A stretch of 63,064 nucleotides of DNA, the filler included, from Asterionella formosa (taxonomy: Eukaryota), in NCBI GenBank assembly GCA_002256025.1. It is 13 parts of 13 records of this genome, joined end to end, with 100 filler letters (N's around TTAATTAATTAA, not from the genome) between each part and the next. Parts side by side here need not be neighbours in the genome. Positions count along the whole stretch, not along the records: positions 43,765 to 48,518 come from NKIB01013383.1; positions 48,619 to 53,369 come from NKIB01013384.1; positions 53,470 to 58,219 come from NKIB01013385.1; positions 58,320 to 63,064 come from NKIB01013387.1; 9 more parts are not named here. One strand, 5' to 3'. The notes beneath the pieces were generated by a model. The model saw only the letters and a list, made by a program, of their open reading frames with translations. It made no database searches and was not told the DNA's origin. The position numbers and the translations under genes were made by a program. This document shows, piece by piece, positions 47,065 to 60,407 of the stretch. Positions within the stretch are counted from its first letter, which is position 1. The number at the start of each line of letters is the position of its first letter.

Positions 47065-48618
47065 GCAGTGAAGCAAGCAGAGCAATAGAGAATCAGATTC
47101 TACTTCAAAATGCGAGGGAAAGCAAAGGTACTGCGTACCGGTCGTTAACAGTGCCTGAAGTCATCTCATAATCTTCGACTGTTTGTTCTGTATTATATTT
47201 GGGGGGAGTACAATATAATACAAGAACTACCGGTAGGCTGTGACTGCTATGTAGGACGTATCGTTGTGTTGGTTCTACGTATACTTTTAATCGTTGCAGT
47301 CTACGTACAGACGTACCGTCTATTTGTATGAGTCTACTAAATGACTGGCAGATGCAAGCGAGAAGTAAAACACTCGTGAATTGCTGAATTGCTATGACTG
47401 CAGTCTGTTGCAGATTGTATGTGCCATCCTGCATTGGCTTCCCATTGAAAATTTCCACAGGTACTATATTTTGCTGCAGTTTGACGAGTTTGTGGACTTT
47501 AAGAGGACAATAAGCACCAGGAGATCGATCGACAGCTGAAATCCAGATTAATTGGCTACAATGTCTGCAAGCATCAGGATTAAGTATTTGTAATATCAAC
47601 CCTGGATTGCTATTTCATCACACAAACGTATGTCGACTAAGAGGTCAGTGTCAAAAATGCCAACTCCACTTTGTTTTCTGCTTTTTACTTTTGAAGGAGC
47701 AGGGCGATCAACTGAATAAACAGATTTAAAAGCAGAAGTATGATGATGGGAAATAAACCGTTTCAGATTTTGCTTTACTGTTTTGTGAGCACTAGCTATT
47801 GGATGTGTATGACGGTATATTCACATATTGACTACCAGGTACGGTATATTGGTACAAGAAGTACCTGGTACCTGGTACCCACAGAACACTATCGGTATCT
47901 AATAAGTAAGAAACACTCCATGACATGTTAGACCCTACAGGTACTTTCTTTTGTTCCGACTTCACTTGTTTTACTGGTATAAATAAATAGAATGACGATA
48001 AAATAGGAAATTGTATCATCTTCCTCGTGGTGTCTAGCATGCTTGCCTGAATTGCTGCAACATTTACATAGCTAAATGCAATTTATGTATTAGTGTCTTG
48101 AAATCAAACTTTTATAGTTGTTAAAGGACGACAATTGTAGACCCGCGATGAGGATTTGTTTCTTTTGTTTTCGTTCACTATAAGATTCTATGAAGAATTC
48201 TGCTACTTGCTAAATAAATAACTATGAAAGATAAAGACACAAGACACCAATGCGACCACAATCAAGTCCTTGAAAAATATCAATACTAGGAGTCGACAAA
48301 TATATACACGGTTACAGTCGGAGTTGACTTACCTCATTATCACTTTTGCTGCACACACTTATATCGGTAATGAGATCACAAAAATGACACTAGATTCCAA
48401 GGATACAATCGAAGTAAAAGGAAATCATAAGTATGCGTCAATTAAGTATTGCTGTTGTATTATACCTATTGGCGGCAGTATCAGCCGGTGGGATTCGAGG
48501 ATTGGAGAGCGTTGATGGNNNNNNNNNNNNNNNNNNNNNNNNNNNNNNNNNNNNNNNNNNNNTTAATTAATTAANNNNNNNNNNNNNNNNNNNNNNNNNN
48601 NNNNNNNNNNNNNNNNNN

Positions 48619-48940
48619 AGAATTATGCTCGTGTTTAAGAAAGATTTATGATGAAATAATTCATTTGATAGCATAGAGGTTGAGCTGATTTTAGGATGCA
48701 TTGTAGTATTAATTTACATTGGGCAATCGAGAGAAGTGAAAATAACATGAGAAGGTTTATGATATTGATGAGAAATGTTGTTGATCAGTTGATATACATT
48801 GTGTGATGATGATGTTCTTGTTATCCTTATACTTCAAGGTTGGTAAAATATTAATAAATCATCACAGTTATAGGATACCTTGATTGTAGTTTTGATCCAA
48901 AATATACGAAAATCCTGTGCCACTTAGAATACGATACCCT
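48619..48940 (+). repeat. Repeat family A copy at contig start
   Basis: 48619-48932 is the near-exact reverse complement of 53056-53369. Confidence 0.9.
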
Positions 48941-48950
48941 TACTTGAAAG

Positions 48951-49590
48951 TGTTATGGGACACCACAGTCCTGGCAGGACTGTTAAGAGACAGGAAGTTA
49001 GTATAGTGGTGGAGTATCCACGATGGGCAGAGAGGTATAAGTTGGTATTTAACTCTCCCTCTCAGCTGAGCAAGGGAGGCAAATGTCACCAACCACAGAC
49101 GAGTTTGCGAATAGCTCTTAATTTCTCAGCAACAAGACCTTTGGTAAAAATGTCGGTGGGGTTGACTGCAGTGACAATTTTTAGGATGCGTAGCACGCCA
49201 GATAGGACGTATTCACGGAACCAATGGTAAGAAACAGCAATGTACTTGGTATGGGGAGTCATTTTTGGAAGATAGGCTTGGGAAAGACATGCACTGTTGT
49301 CTTCATAAAAGGTAGAGTAAGAAGTAACAGCAAGAGGGCCGGCCATGTGAAGTGCAGTGGAAGCCTCAGTAATGATGTGGCGAAGGGGAATGAGGTCACG
49401 GCAGCTAGTAGAGAGCGCCTGGTATTCAGCCTGCATGTTACAAAGGGCGATTGTTGTTTGTAGTTTAGAAACCCATAAAACGGCACAGCCAGCAAGAGCA
49501 ATGACATAACCAGTGCGGGATTTGGCGCAAACGGGATCATTCGAGTTTTCGGTTCCAAAAAGACCAGCAAAGTCACTATCGATGCTCTTT
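48951..49590 (-). mobile_element. Ty1/Copia 3' end: RNase H, PPT and possible short LTR
   Basis: DSDFAGLF..SRTGYV..WVSKLQ..EY.ALS..YEDN..DIFTKGL, followed by GAGAGGGAGAG and ~100 bp ending ..AACA. Confidence 0.85.
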
Positions 49591-50899
49591 GATGTGATGA
49601 GGTACCACATTAATCTGTAGCTCATCCACGAGTTTCATTGTTATTTGAAGAAGATATTAATCAGTGAAAAGCGTACTGGATGGGCCGCCATGTCTCCATT
49701 ATTTATCTGGGACATTAGTGCAAAATTGTCTATATAAACCAGGAGAGATCCAATTCGATCCCAGAGCAGTGTGGTCAAGTTGTGACATATGTGAAATGGT
49801 GGCCATCCCTCCTCGTCCCCAAAGTACTCCCCCCATCTTGGGTCGAAGTGATGACATTTCTTGCGCTCAACCTTGCTTGATGCTGCATTTCCTTACTTGG
49901 CACCAGCTGGCACCTGGAATTTATTTCAGCTGATCCATTCCTGGATTTATCAAGCAAGATTTTGGTATGAACTGAAGCACTTGATTTGACGAGGGAAGAA
50001 ATCTTACTCTTTCTCCTTCCCATGAGCAATAGTACAATATGCTCAATTTTCCAGCATGCCTGAAGTTGTAGCAATGTCAACACTAAGCCTTGCAGCATAG
50101 CCTTTACCAAAGTACAAAGGTAGTCTCCCTTCTTGTTTCCTGCCTCATATGTTAGCCCCAGCTTGCGTCAGCTCTTAGTATTAGGTATGCAAGAAAAGAC
50201 ACACATGACTTAGACCATTAGTATCCATATTGTTACAAAAGAATACTATTTTTGCACAAAAGTATCTGAAAATGCACAAACTGTTGGGGGAATTAGTTTT
50301 TACATTTAAGGATCGACATTTTTGGTCACCTAAAGAACAGGCAGTGTATTCTTGCATGTCTATATGTATTTCAATATGCAACTTTAAAAATGACCTTATC
50401 AAGATTCCATAAGAATATGAACCACAACATGAAGTACTACATACATGAAAGTCAGTAAAAAATACATTGAGGTATTTTCTTGCCTTTTGAGCTGTTGCAC
50501 CCTTTCCGAGATTTCATTTTCTTAATGTTTCTGATTAATTTTCACAGTAGATGGAGATAATCATCTATCACAAGCTATCAAGCTAGCTACTACGGTTTCA
50601 ATGGTGTTTTTACTATGGCTATATCTTCAAAATTGAGCAAACGACGACCAAAACTAATTCTAGCGGCGATTTCAGCTTTTAATAATGAATAAATTATTGT
50701 ATGTAATGAATGATTCCCCTGTCTATGTTAGGCTAGATTTATTCGCGATATAGGAATGATTTACTGGTAGCAAAATTACTGCAACTTGCTGGTACCAGCT
50801 ACCTGGTAAAACAGTAGACTGGGAAGGCAAGGATGGTACCAGGAGGTATGTACAAACAGCCTGTGGCACAAACCACCGGTGAGCATGTCACCTCCGAAA

Positions 50900-51947
50900 T
50901 TCTGCAATTCTGCTGGTTGTTGAATCGGAACCCTCATACTTCGTTGAATCGCAATCCTGCCATTCAACTGGTGAGACCAAAACGGAGACCCCACAGCAGT
51001 CTCCCCCTCCTTGGATACAGTGATCAGGCCATCCCACTGGATGCACTGATCAACGAAACATCCTCACCAGATCACACGCTGTGATTTTGTTGGCAACCTC
51101 AACGAACTTGGCACCGAGCTCACCCCTTTCCTCGTCACCTAGTATGTGTCCCAGGCCCAAATTCTCAACCACTGCCACCCTCGTTAGCGAAACCTCGTCC
51201 ATCACGGGACCACCAGCTACAATAGCTTTCACCGCTACCCCTCGCCCCACCAAAATTGTGAACCCGGCCATCAACCCCGCCCTCATCGCCCTTTGTCTTG
51301 CTTTCAACGCTACTGGCGGTCGCATTGGTGATGCCAAACAAAAAGCCCGACCACCAACCAGCGCAGCAGGAAAACCCATGTGCATCTCTTTTCACTCCAA
51401 AGGTGACTTTGTCTCCCATTGCCGCTGCGCTCCGGATCATGCCCCCCATTCGCTGGCGGAGGACGCCAAACTCCAAACCTGGATTGAAAAACACATGGCG
51501 GTCCCCCTCCAAACCTGACACTTCGGCCGGGCCCTCACAAATGAGGTCCTGTTGCCACCGCACCAACCCCCACACCCATCCCTCTCCAGCACGCGTCCGG
51601 ACTCTACCACCTTGCCCCCGCCCCCCGCACCATACAAATTTCCAACTGGGGTTGGAGAACTTTTATCCACTCCTGCCGCAGCACCAGTAACACAACCCCG
51701 CCGCTGTTGCCACCCTGGCACATCTGGGCGCCCGCCTCCTTAACCACCTCCGCCTGCGAGGAGCCCCGGTAGTCCTACACACAATTGTTTATGCGGACCC
51801 CCATCATGGCCCCCTTTCCTTTATTAAAATTGACTTTGCTGATGGTTTCTACTTTGTCTGGCTTGCTGAGTTGGATGAGCAAAACTGGGGGTCGCCTACC
51901 CCACACTGCTTGGCGAGCCCCCCCGGGGGGGGGGGGGGGGCGGCGGG

Positions 51948-51980
<33 letters not shown>

Positions 51981-53028
51981 NNNNCCCCCCCCCTCCCTCC
52001 CCCCCCCCCCCCTCCCCGCCCCCCCCCCCCCCCCCCCCCCTCGTACTCCCTATGCTGGGATGCATGGGTGGAATCCCCTCCTTATTTCACCGCGGTTACC
52101 AAAACTATATGCGACCTAGCCAACACCACCCTGTCCCTCCCACACCCTAGTAACCGTCCCAGCAAACACACGACCCCTGTTTCCCCTGCCTGGCGCACCC
52201 AACAACCCGCCCACCACCCATCCAAAACGTCGACGACTTCATTGGTTTAGCCCAAACTCGCCGCAGCCAACGCCATATCTGTGTGGAGCAAGTGGTCCTG
52301 CGCTCGCTTATGCCTAGGGATAACGCGGCGGGGGGGGGGGGGGGGGGGCCGGGGCGCGGGGGGCCGCGGGGGGGGGGGGCGGCGGCGGGGGGCGGNNNNN
52401 NNNNNCCCCCCCCCAAAGGAGCCCAGCCACCTCTGTCAAAAAAACTCCTCCAAGGCGATGGATACTGGACTAGTAGACAAAAACCCTTCCTGGGCTTGAA
52501 CATCAACAGTGTTGCACACACCCTCACCCTACCCCTCACCAGTGCAAGAAACTCCATGCCCTCCTTACCAACGCCTTCGGCGCTTGGCGCCTTACCCAGC
52601 ACCAACGCTGGCAAATACTCTTGGGAGAACTCCGTGGCATGCTACCGGCCCTTCCCGGCAGCAGGGGTTTATTTAGCTTGCTACAACACGCCTTGGCCAC
52701 TGCTTCCGCAAACCATGTCCGGGCAACCCAGGCGGTCAAAGCTTTCCTCCTTGATTTCCAACATCTCACCACAAGCCTTACCATGCGCCCCACCCGCCTT
52801 TCCTGACCACCCCTACCTATGTTGGTGCCTTGGACGCGTGCGCCGCTGGCATAGGCGGTGCTTGGTTCCAGACCACCCACCACGCCCACATCCTTTGGCA
52901 CACCACTTTTCCACCCATAGTGGCTGCAAACCTGGTGTCCGCTGCCAACCCTCATGGCACCATCACCAACAGTGACCTCAATCTCCTGGTAACTATGATT
53001 GCCCACCAAGATGTCCTCTCCCAACATT
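50900..53028 (+). mobile_element. Decayed DIRS/Ngaro-like retrotransposon (ORF1, RT, RNase H); recombinase not present in this contig
   Basis: ORF1 with CISFHSKG..HCRCAPDH. RT fragments KIDFADGF, ESPPYFTAVT and VDDFIGLAQ. RNase H DACAAGIGGAWF..GTITNSDL. Locally GC-rich. Confidence 0.75.
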
Positions 53029-53369
53029 CATCTGCAAATAAAAGATATCATGCATGTATTCTAAGTGGCACAGGATTTTCGTATATTTTGGATCAAAACT
53101 ACAATCAAGGTATCCTATAACTATGATGATTTATTAATATTTTACCAACCTTGAAGTATAAGGATAACAAGAACATCATCATCACACAATGTATATCAAC
53201 TGATCAACAACATTTCTCATCAATATCATAAACCTTCTCATATTATTTTCACTTCTCTCGATTGCCCAATGTAAATTAATACTACAATGCATCCTAAAAT
53301 CAGCTCAACCTCTATGCTATCAAATGAATTATTTCATCATAAATCTTTCTTAAACACGAGCATAATTCT
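53029..53369 (-). repeat. Repeat family A copy at contig end
   Basis: Inverted copy of 48619-48932, extending to the (C)ATCTGCAAATA terminus that interrupts the DIRS/Ngaro relic. Confidence 0.9.
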
Positions 53370-53655
53370 NNNNNNNNNNNNNNNNNNNNNNNNNNNNNNN
53401 NNNNNNNNNNNNNTTAATTAATTAANNNNNNNNNNNNNNNNNNNNNNNNNNNNNNNNNNNNNNNNNNNNGTCCGTTGATTCTTGCGAGCGCCATTGATGC
53501 GATCGGAGCGTTATTCCGGTTGCGCATGTTGGGTGGCAAGGGGTATGATTGTAGAAATCTCGGTAAGAGGATAGATGGGCAAGGGCGTCAATCGACGAGT
53601 AGATGATGACAAAGGTAAGAGCGTGAGTTGAAGAAAACTGACCCTAAGATGTACA

Positions 53656-53940
53656 TTAAAAGGTTGCGGCCCCAAAGTTACACATTGTGAGGTCGACTTT
53701 TTTCCAAAATATATTTATAATGTACTTCAATCTACATAGTACGTAAAACTATATCAAATTGTTAAAGGTACAATTTGCTTTCACCGATACGACCACTTTG
53801 CACACCGTATAAGCTTACCGTTAGATAGAGTCATTGCTCGACTTACGGGAATGATCTGTATACAGATACGTATGATACGGAACTTATTTCTGATGAAGAG
53901 AAGTGGCAGTATTCCCCCAGGAATTGTAACCATCTGAAAA
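53656..53940 (+). repeat. Repeat family B, second copy
   Basis: Homologous to 13222-13480. Confidence 0.75.
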
Positions 53941-54187
53941 ACGTTTAGAAACCCGTATGGCTGGGCGCACGCTTGGACTTGATTGGGTAGCCACCGTAGA
54001 TCTAGTATGCGTCGTTTTTAGTCTAAATGAAATTTCTACATAACGATATTCAGCCATGTAGTAGGTAAAAGGATTGATGCAACAGCAAACTCAAGACCAT
54101 CAACCATCATCAATCACACTCCGAACGAACTTGTGGTCAAAGTCGAAAAGGCACATAGATGTGTCTTGATTTCATTGATGAGCCATG

Positions 54188-56002
54188 TCAAGGCAACAGG
54201 GCCATATTTGGTATAGCCTTGTTGAGTCTGTTCAACTTGACCAGAATGAATGACATGCGAACTTTCGTATTCTTCGAACTGTGATGATCTGCTCTGAAAG
54301 ACAATGGCAAACACTTGCATTGAAGTTTTCCTTCCCCTTCTTCTCTTTCAAGCTCGAATTTCGGTATGCACCTTTGGAACAAGCCCACATGTACTAATCC
54401 CTTCCCCTGAAAGTTCACCAATTCGTTGTTCAGAGTGACCAGCATTGTGATCAAATAGAAAGACAAAGTCAAATGTGGGGTAGAGCACCTGCAGGACATC
54501 AACAGCATCTTCGAACTGGAGCACCATGTGGGCATAGTTCCAGTATCCCTCTCGGTTTCTCCATATTCAAACACAACAAGAAATGGAGACTTTTCTGCTG
54601 TTAACGGTGTTTTTTGTCTTCCACCATACACTTCAATTGCAGCTTCCTTGTCTCCATAGTTCTTCCCAAGGCAACGGAGGTTTATTTCAGCAAGGATATT
54701 CATGGGAATCTGTTGGAATAGCCCATGCTCATGACAGACAAATGCAAAAATCATTGAGCCTGTACCTTTGTCCTTAGGAAGTAGTGGTTGCTCTGCCTCC
54801 CTTAGGACCAACCTACATCTTGGATAAAAATAGAAACTTTTTTTATATAGCCTCATCTTTTCCAATGAAACATTGCAGGTCTAGATTCCAAATTTTTCCT
54901 CACACTTAGGTTGCCTCAAAATGGGAGCTCATCAATCTTGTCTTGAAATTTGTAGCTTGTATCAACAGGGTACTCAACCATCTCAACTCCATCATCAGTG
55001 TTATAGTAATAGCCACAATTCTCTGCAATATCACCATTGCGTTCTAATAGCTTAGAATCTACCTTTGTAATTTTAATGCATCTGTGTATGCGCAACTCAA
55101 ACGAAATGTATTTGTTTGTAAAGATAGGCCTGCTGAATACTATTGTTTCAGGTCTCTCATGACCATCCACAAAGTAATGCTTCTCACGTTTTTTGTATCT
55201 AAATCCAACAGCATGCATCCATCTAGATATAGTAGTAATGCTAAGAGTTGTTTGACCATGTGATGATAAAAAGGCAACTATATCTTCATTTGTCAAAGTT
55301 GTAGTTACCCCATCATCAACTTCAATCTTAAGCCTTGAAAGTAATTCTGGGACAAGTTGATCCACAACAAACTCATGCATTAATTCAACCCGCAAATCTT
55401 TAATATTCTGGGTGCCATGAGACTTGAATCTTTCCATTGCATCTGGGTTGTCAGGAAAGAAGCGACATAGCCTAGAGTCCTTTGGATTTGGTGGCTTGCT
55501 GTATAATGTTCTATTCAATGCAAATTTGCGATGCCATCGGGGAAAGTCTCAGAGTTAGAGTAAATCTCAGCAATTCCCTTGTCATTCATGTGATGTATGG
55601 CATTTATCAGTGACTGCTTCCATGTCAATTGTCTTGCGATGTGTCCTGCAACATTTTCCACAAAATTCTTCATTGCATGTGCCAAATACAGACTTCGAAA
55701 TTTAATTGTGAGTCACCACCATACACCACCTTTCTCCAGTTGTCCCAATGAGTGTTCACATCCTCCATAATGCCTATTCTCTCGACAACATTTTTCCGGA
55801 TATCTGCACTATTCCCATATAAATTTGTTGGAGCTAAGAATTTTCGAGCATCTCCAGAATGCCACCATATATCAGCATCTGTTTTCATCTGATGATGTTC
55901 AGCAGGCGGACTAATTATAATTGGTTCTGATTCATTGCTCTTCTGTTGCTTTTTTGGTTGTTCCAATCCATCTCCATTGCCATTGCTTGTTGATAGCATC
56001 AT
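54188..56002 (-). pseudogene. Decayed IS630/Tc1/mariner-like DDE transposase
   Basis: TISRWMHAVGFRY..YFVDGHERPE and LLPKDKGTGSM, plus GYWNYAHMVLQFEDAVD..FVFLFDHNAGH in a shifted frame. Confidence 0.7.
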
Positions 56003-59000
56003 CCATCACTAAATTTTCATTGATAATGCCTTACTCTGACTGCCTGCTAAAAGCCTTGACAATACACAATCTTGCTCCCATGATGACGCTTTCAACTGTG
56101 AAGGGAGGGCAGGAAAGAATTTCAATTTGGTGGTGACAAAGAAGAAATAGCGATGTTTCCGATTTTGGAAGGAATGCCTGAATACTTGCACTTGTTGGCC
56201 ACCTTGAATCTCTAGAGTTTTCGTTGCAGAACTCATGAGAGGAAGCACCTTGTTGACCACCCTTTTTATCATCGAAGCTAAATTAAACTGTGCTGCATCC
56301 TCAATTGAGTATTTCTGGAGCATGTATAACCGCAATTGGTCTGCTGGTAGCCAGCAATCATGAAGTGCATATAACCTGGGTTGTCAATGCCAGGAAGCGC
56401 CATGCTGGCTACCCTATTAACACTTAAGTTGTCTGAGGGCGCTTAATAAATGAGGTAAATAATGCCCAAATAGTTGTCTGATAAATTCTGTATACCATAG
56501 TATCATAGACCAGTCTGCATTTTGTTTTCGTCTTCAATTCTGCCAAATTCGAGTCCAATTGATTGCCAGCAATCATCGAATAACCACCCTGTTCTCCTTT
56601 CTATAACCTTCCTTCGAATGTGGCTGTTCGTCTAATAATATTCAATATAAATGTTTGGATCTCCAGGAAAATTTTGATTGTTGCATGGAAACGACTGAGC
56701 CTCGCTCTGTCACCCTGTCACGATGTATATTTGTAATCGGGAGTCCAGCATTTGTTGGAAGCTGATAAATCAGTTTGGTTGGATATACATGGATACAAAA
56801 CAACAAAGAACATGATTGTTTGAATTGTTTAAGTGATGATTGAAGTCTATGAGGTTGTTATTAATTAACTCCTCAACAAAGGGCTTCATGATGCATGGAC
56901 ATATAGCTAAGCTCTCATTGTGCAAGATTGGTCTTATCAGCTATTATTATGAACAGATTTACATAAGACTCTAATGCTATGATCGAAGTTCTGATTTTGA
57001 AACTTTGATTCAAATGAATTGATAGTTATTGAAAGAATGAATGAGGGAATTTGGTTCAAGTAGCCGCCAGAAGAAACAATAATGATGCCATGATTATTGA
57101 ATGTAGTGAAACAATTGTTGGCAGAACTAGTAGGACTGAGACTACCAATAGCTAGCTATTAAATATTCATGAATTGTTTCATTTACATCCTATCATTTGA
57201 TTGAGGTTGAAATGAAGTGATAGTGAGTCGAAATTTACATATTGTGTTTATACTACTAGAGTTACAATATTTTCTGTCATCTGCTCCGACTTGCATCAGT
57301 TCTTTCTGTATTAGGTATGGATGGGGGTGGGGGGAGAAGTCATTGTATGTACATTTTGTACTGACCTTTTTTAGGTGTCGGTTTGACCTAAAATTCAGGG
57401 CGTGAATACTAAGAAGTTAACTCCTGATGTTATTGGGTACACGGCTATTGGAAATGTAAATTTTCACCTTGATGCTAATGCCATCACATACGACGACATA
57501 ATTCAAGGTGTTTATGAGTAGTTAACCATTTGGTTAGAACATCAGAAAAAATATATTGAGATGTTCGTTGCTGGCCTGTCACCGCTAACAATCCATGTTA
57601 CACCATGAAAAACTATGATACAAATTAGTGATACATTGTCCAAAAACAACAAAGGGGCCACAGCCATAATCATCAATGATATGTACCTTCAGTATCCAGG
57701 GACATCATTTTGACAGAAACAATTTTCTCCGTTTTTATTGTCCTCAACACTATTGATTGGTTTAATATTCGGGGTTTGATATGCATATATAAAATAAAAA
57801 TTTGCATAACTTCATTCGAACAAGGTCTTCATATTCCACCTATTTGATAATGTATATTTTTGATCATTTATGGTTCATCTACATATATTGTACCGGTATA
57901 CTATATAGTCTAGGACATCATTCATTGATAGACTATTTTATTATCTAGGTATATTCCAAAGGAAAATTAGCAAACCACCGTGGATCCTCTAGAGTATTTT
58001 GGATCTCTCGAGTTTTCATCGCAGATATCACTGACATGGCTTGAACCTGAGCTATGTTTTGATATGTTTTGATGGGGTTATGGACATCACTGCTCAAGGG
58101 CTCAAAATATTCCTTTGCGTATGTCATGTCAAAGACTGGAATAATGCCATCCACTAGTGGACCGAGGCGCTGAGAAATAGAGGCTGAAAAAGATTCAATG
58201 TTGAAATTGTGTATTGCTCNNNNNNNNNNNNNNNNNNNNNNNNNNNNNNNNNNNNNNNNNNNNTTAATTAATTAANNNNNNNNNNNNNNNNNNNNNNNNN
58301 NNNNNNNNNNNNNNNNNNNTTGCATTTGTAGGTTTGGTACTTCTTCAACTCCATAGGCTGTAACGTGCAATCAAGGTTTCGGAAACAGGGAAACGATGTG
58401 AGTTGAATTATCACTAGAAACACATCAAACCCCTTACCACAATTTAGATTGCCTGCTGTAGGATCAGTAGCTCCAGAGCTCTCCAGTCAATGACTTACAG
58501 CTCCAGTATCAACTTCAGACATTTTAATAGTGTTTATTAGTGTCTCCAACAAAGAAAATGTGAGACTATAACATCCAAGATTTATTATTACACACTATTC
58601 ACCACTTCGGGGCAAATTTCTCCTGGATTCTTATTCTGGATGCCGGTAATTTCATGCATAAACATAAACCGGTTGGAATATATAAATATGGATTTTATGC
58701 TTACGTATAGATGTGAAAACAGCAGTCATTGTGTGTTTGTGTTCACACAACAATTCATTCCAGATGCGTGTGACCTTCCCAACTTCCCAGATCCTTCCGA
58801 AAACGCACAAGGCTAATAATAATTTATGTAGGGACCTTGTAGCACGTATCGGCGTACATAAATTTGATTCTTATACATCTGCCTATTGCCATCAAGAATG
58901 TGACGAAAGGCGCGGCATCATACTCCGGGACATATCCTTGTAGGGGGCAGATTAGTTACCGTGAGCGTGTGCTGGAGTCTAAATAAATAAACAAATGCAT

Positions 59001-59964
59001 ATACCAGTATGTTGAAAAATCCATACCCGTTAAACATAGCACTGCGTAGTGAGCATCGGTATCATTAACTTCGGGAACCAAGAAAAGCACTGCCGGTATG
59101 TGTGAGAATCGCGAAGGTACATACCGGTACATATGAAGTACGCCTAAACTGTACTTAGCCGCTACCGGCAGTTCCCTTATAGTGCAGATACCGTAGAATA
59201 CTCGACCCATTCGATTGTAATGTTACTTAAACGAACAATACCGTATACTGTACTTGGTAATCCTCGATCACATGAGAACGCATACCGGTTTACCGGTAGG
59301 TAATACGTCTTTTTGTGTACGTCGTCCTCGTACGTCTACATATTTCTTTGGGCTGTTCCGAGGCGCCAGGAGAAAACCCATCCGGCCGCTTTGCCTTCCT
59401 GCCTGCCTCATCGATGTTGGGTGCTTGGGGGGCATCATGGGAGAATTCGAACTCCTCACACCAGTGCACATAATCAGGAATGGTTTTTAAGCACCCCATC
59501 ATCCATTTATGTCGCTCCTGGTGTCCAGTGAGGCACCCCACCCCTTCACCTGGGCAAGGTAGTAAGAGACTTTCACTCAGTAAAAACCTGTGTGCAGCCC
59601 CAGTCTTGACCAGTATGCGGTCTGCCCTACCTGTTGGGGCATTGGCCCATGGTCATATATCTACATTTCAATACATCCTCAATAGCTATGTAGACTGCCA
59701 GTACAGCATTACTAGCTAGGAAACAAAAGACTACCGGTATATGTAATGAAAGTATAGAAATTTACACAACTTGTCCCTTCACGCGCATTGTGAAAAACAA
59801 AAGAAATTTGCTTCTCCGGTGTACCTGCAAGTTGTGGCCATTTTGCTTCAACTACCATTTTAATCCGGGATAAAGATAGCTAAATCCTTAGTTTCAGGAA
59901 GTTAGCTACTGCAACTTGCTGGTACTCCTATGTACTAGAGCCACCCAGTGTACCTGGTACCTGA

Positions 59965-60407
59965 TGAGCGATCCTGCACATCAATACAGATGTTCATAGG
60001 GTTAGAGTTATATCATATACATCAGAACTCAATAATAATGAGAGAACTCGACCAGTACCTGCTATTGTATTCTTTGGTGTCAACTTAGAGAATGAGTTGC
60101 ACACAAGGATTAACTAATAAGCTCATCTATTCGGGGGAATGCCGCTTAGTGGTTAGCACACCCACTGTGGTGGCGGGTTCGATTCCTGCGTTCTCCCTAG
60201 GGTTCCGGGGTGTGTGGCAGACGAAAAGACAGGTCCCATTGTACTGTATGGACGAATAAAACCGGTACTAATTGTGTCCATCTGCTCTTATTCTTTGGTG
60301 GGCCCAAGTGCAATTATTGGATAGCTTCAATCTATTATAAAATTTCATTGACATTTTAATAAGCTCATCTATTCAACAAATGCAACTGCTTCTAGTTAGA
60401 TACTTCA
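59965..60407 (+). mobile_element. Solo Gypsy LTR with an imperfect 5-bp TSD (CCTGA/CCTGG), interrupted by a SINE
   Basis: TGAGCGATC..GATACTTCA, collinear with 29627-29823 once the SINE and one TSD copy are removed. Confidence 0.85.
60133..60356 (+). mobile_element. tRNA-derived SINE, copy 3, with 18-bp TSD
   Basis: GCTTAGTGGTTAGCA (A box/D-arm like) and GGTTCGATTCC (B box). TAATAAGCTCATCTATTC is present at 60115-60132 and 60357-60374. Confidence 0.9.

Noticed and set aside
51918..52415. Poly-G/poly-C tracts as G-quadruplexes or Gly/Pro-rich proteins
   Set aside because: They flank small N gaps inside an RT relic, which is typical of low-quality read ends.
58320..59720. Short ORFs in the last contig as genes
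   Set aside because: All are under 90 aa, with no motifs or consistent splice structure I can support.
60133..60200. Functional tRNA gene
   Set aside because: A/B boxes are present but there is no convincing anticodon arm or acceptor stem. It is embedded in a repeated unit with TSDs, so it is a SINE head.
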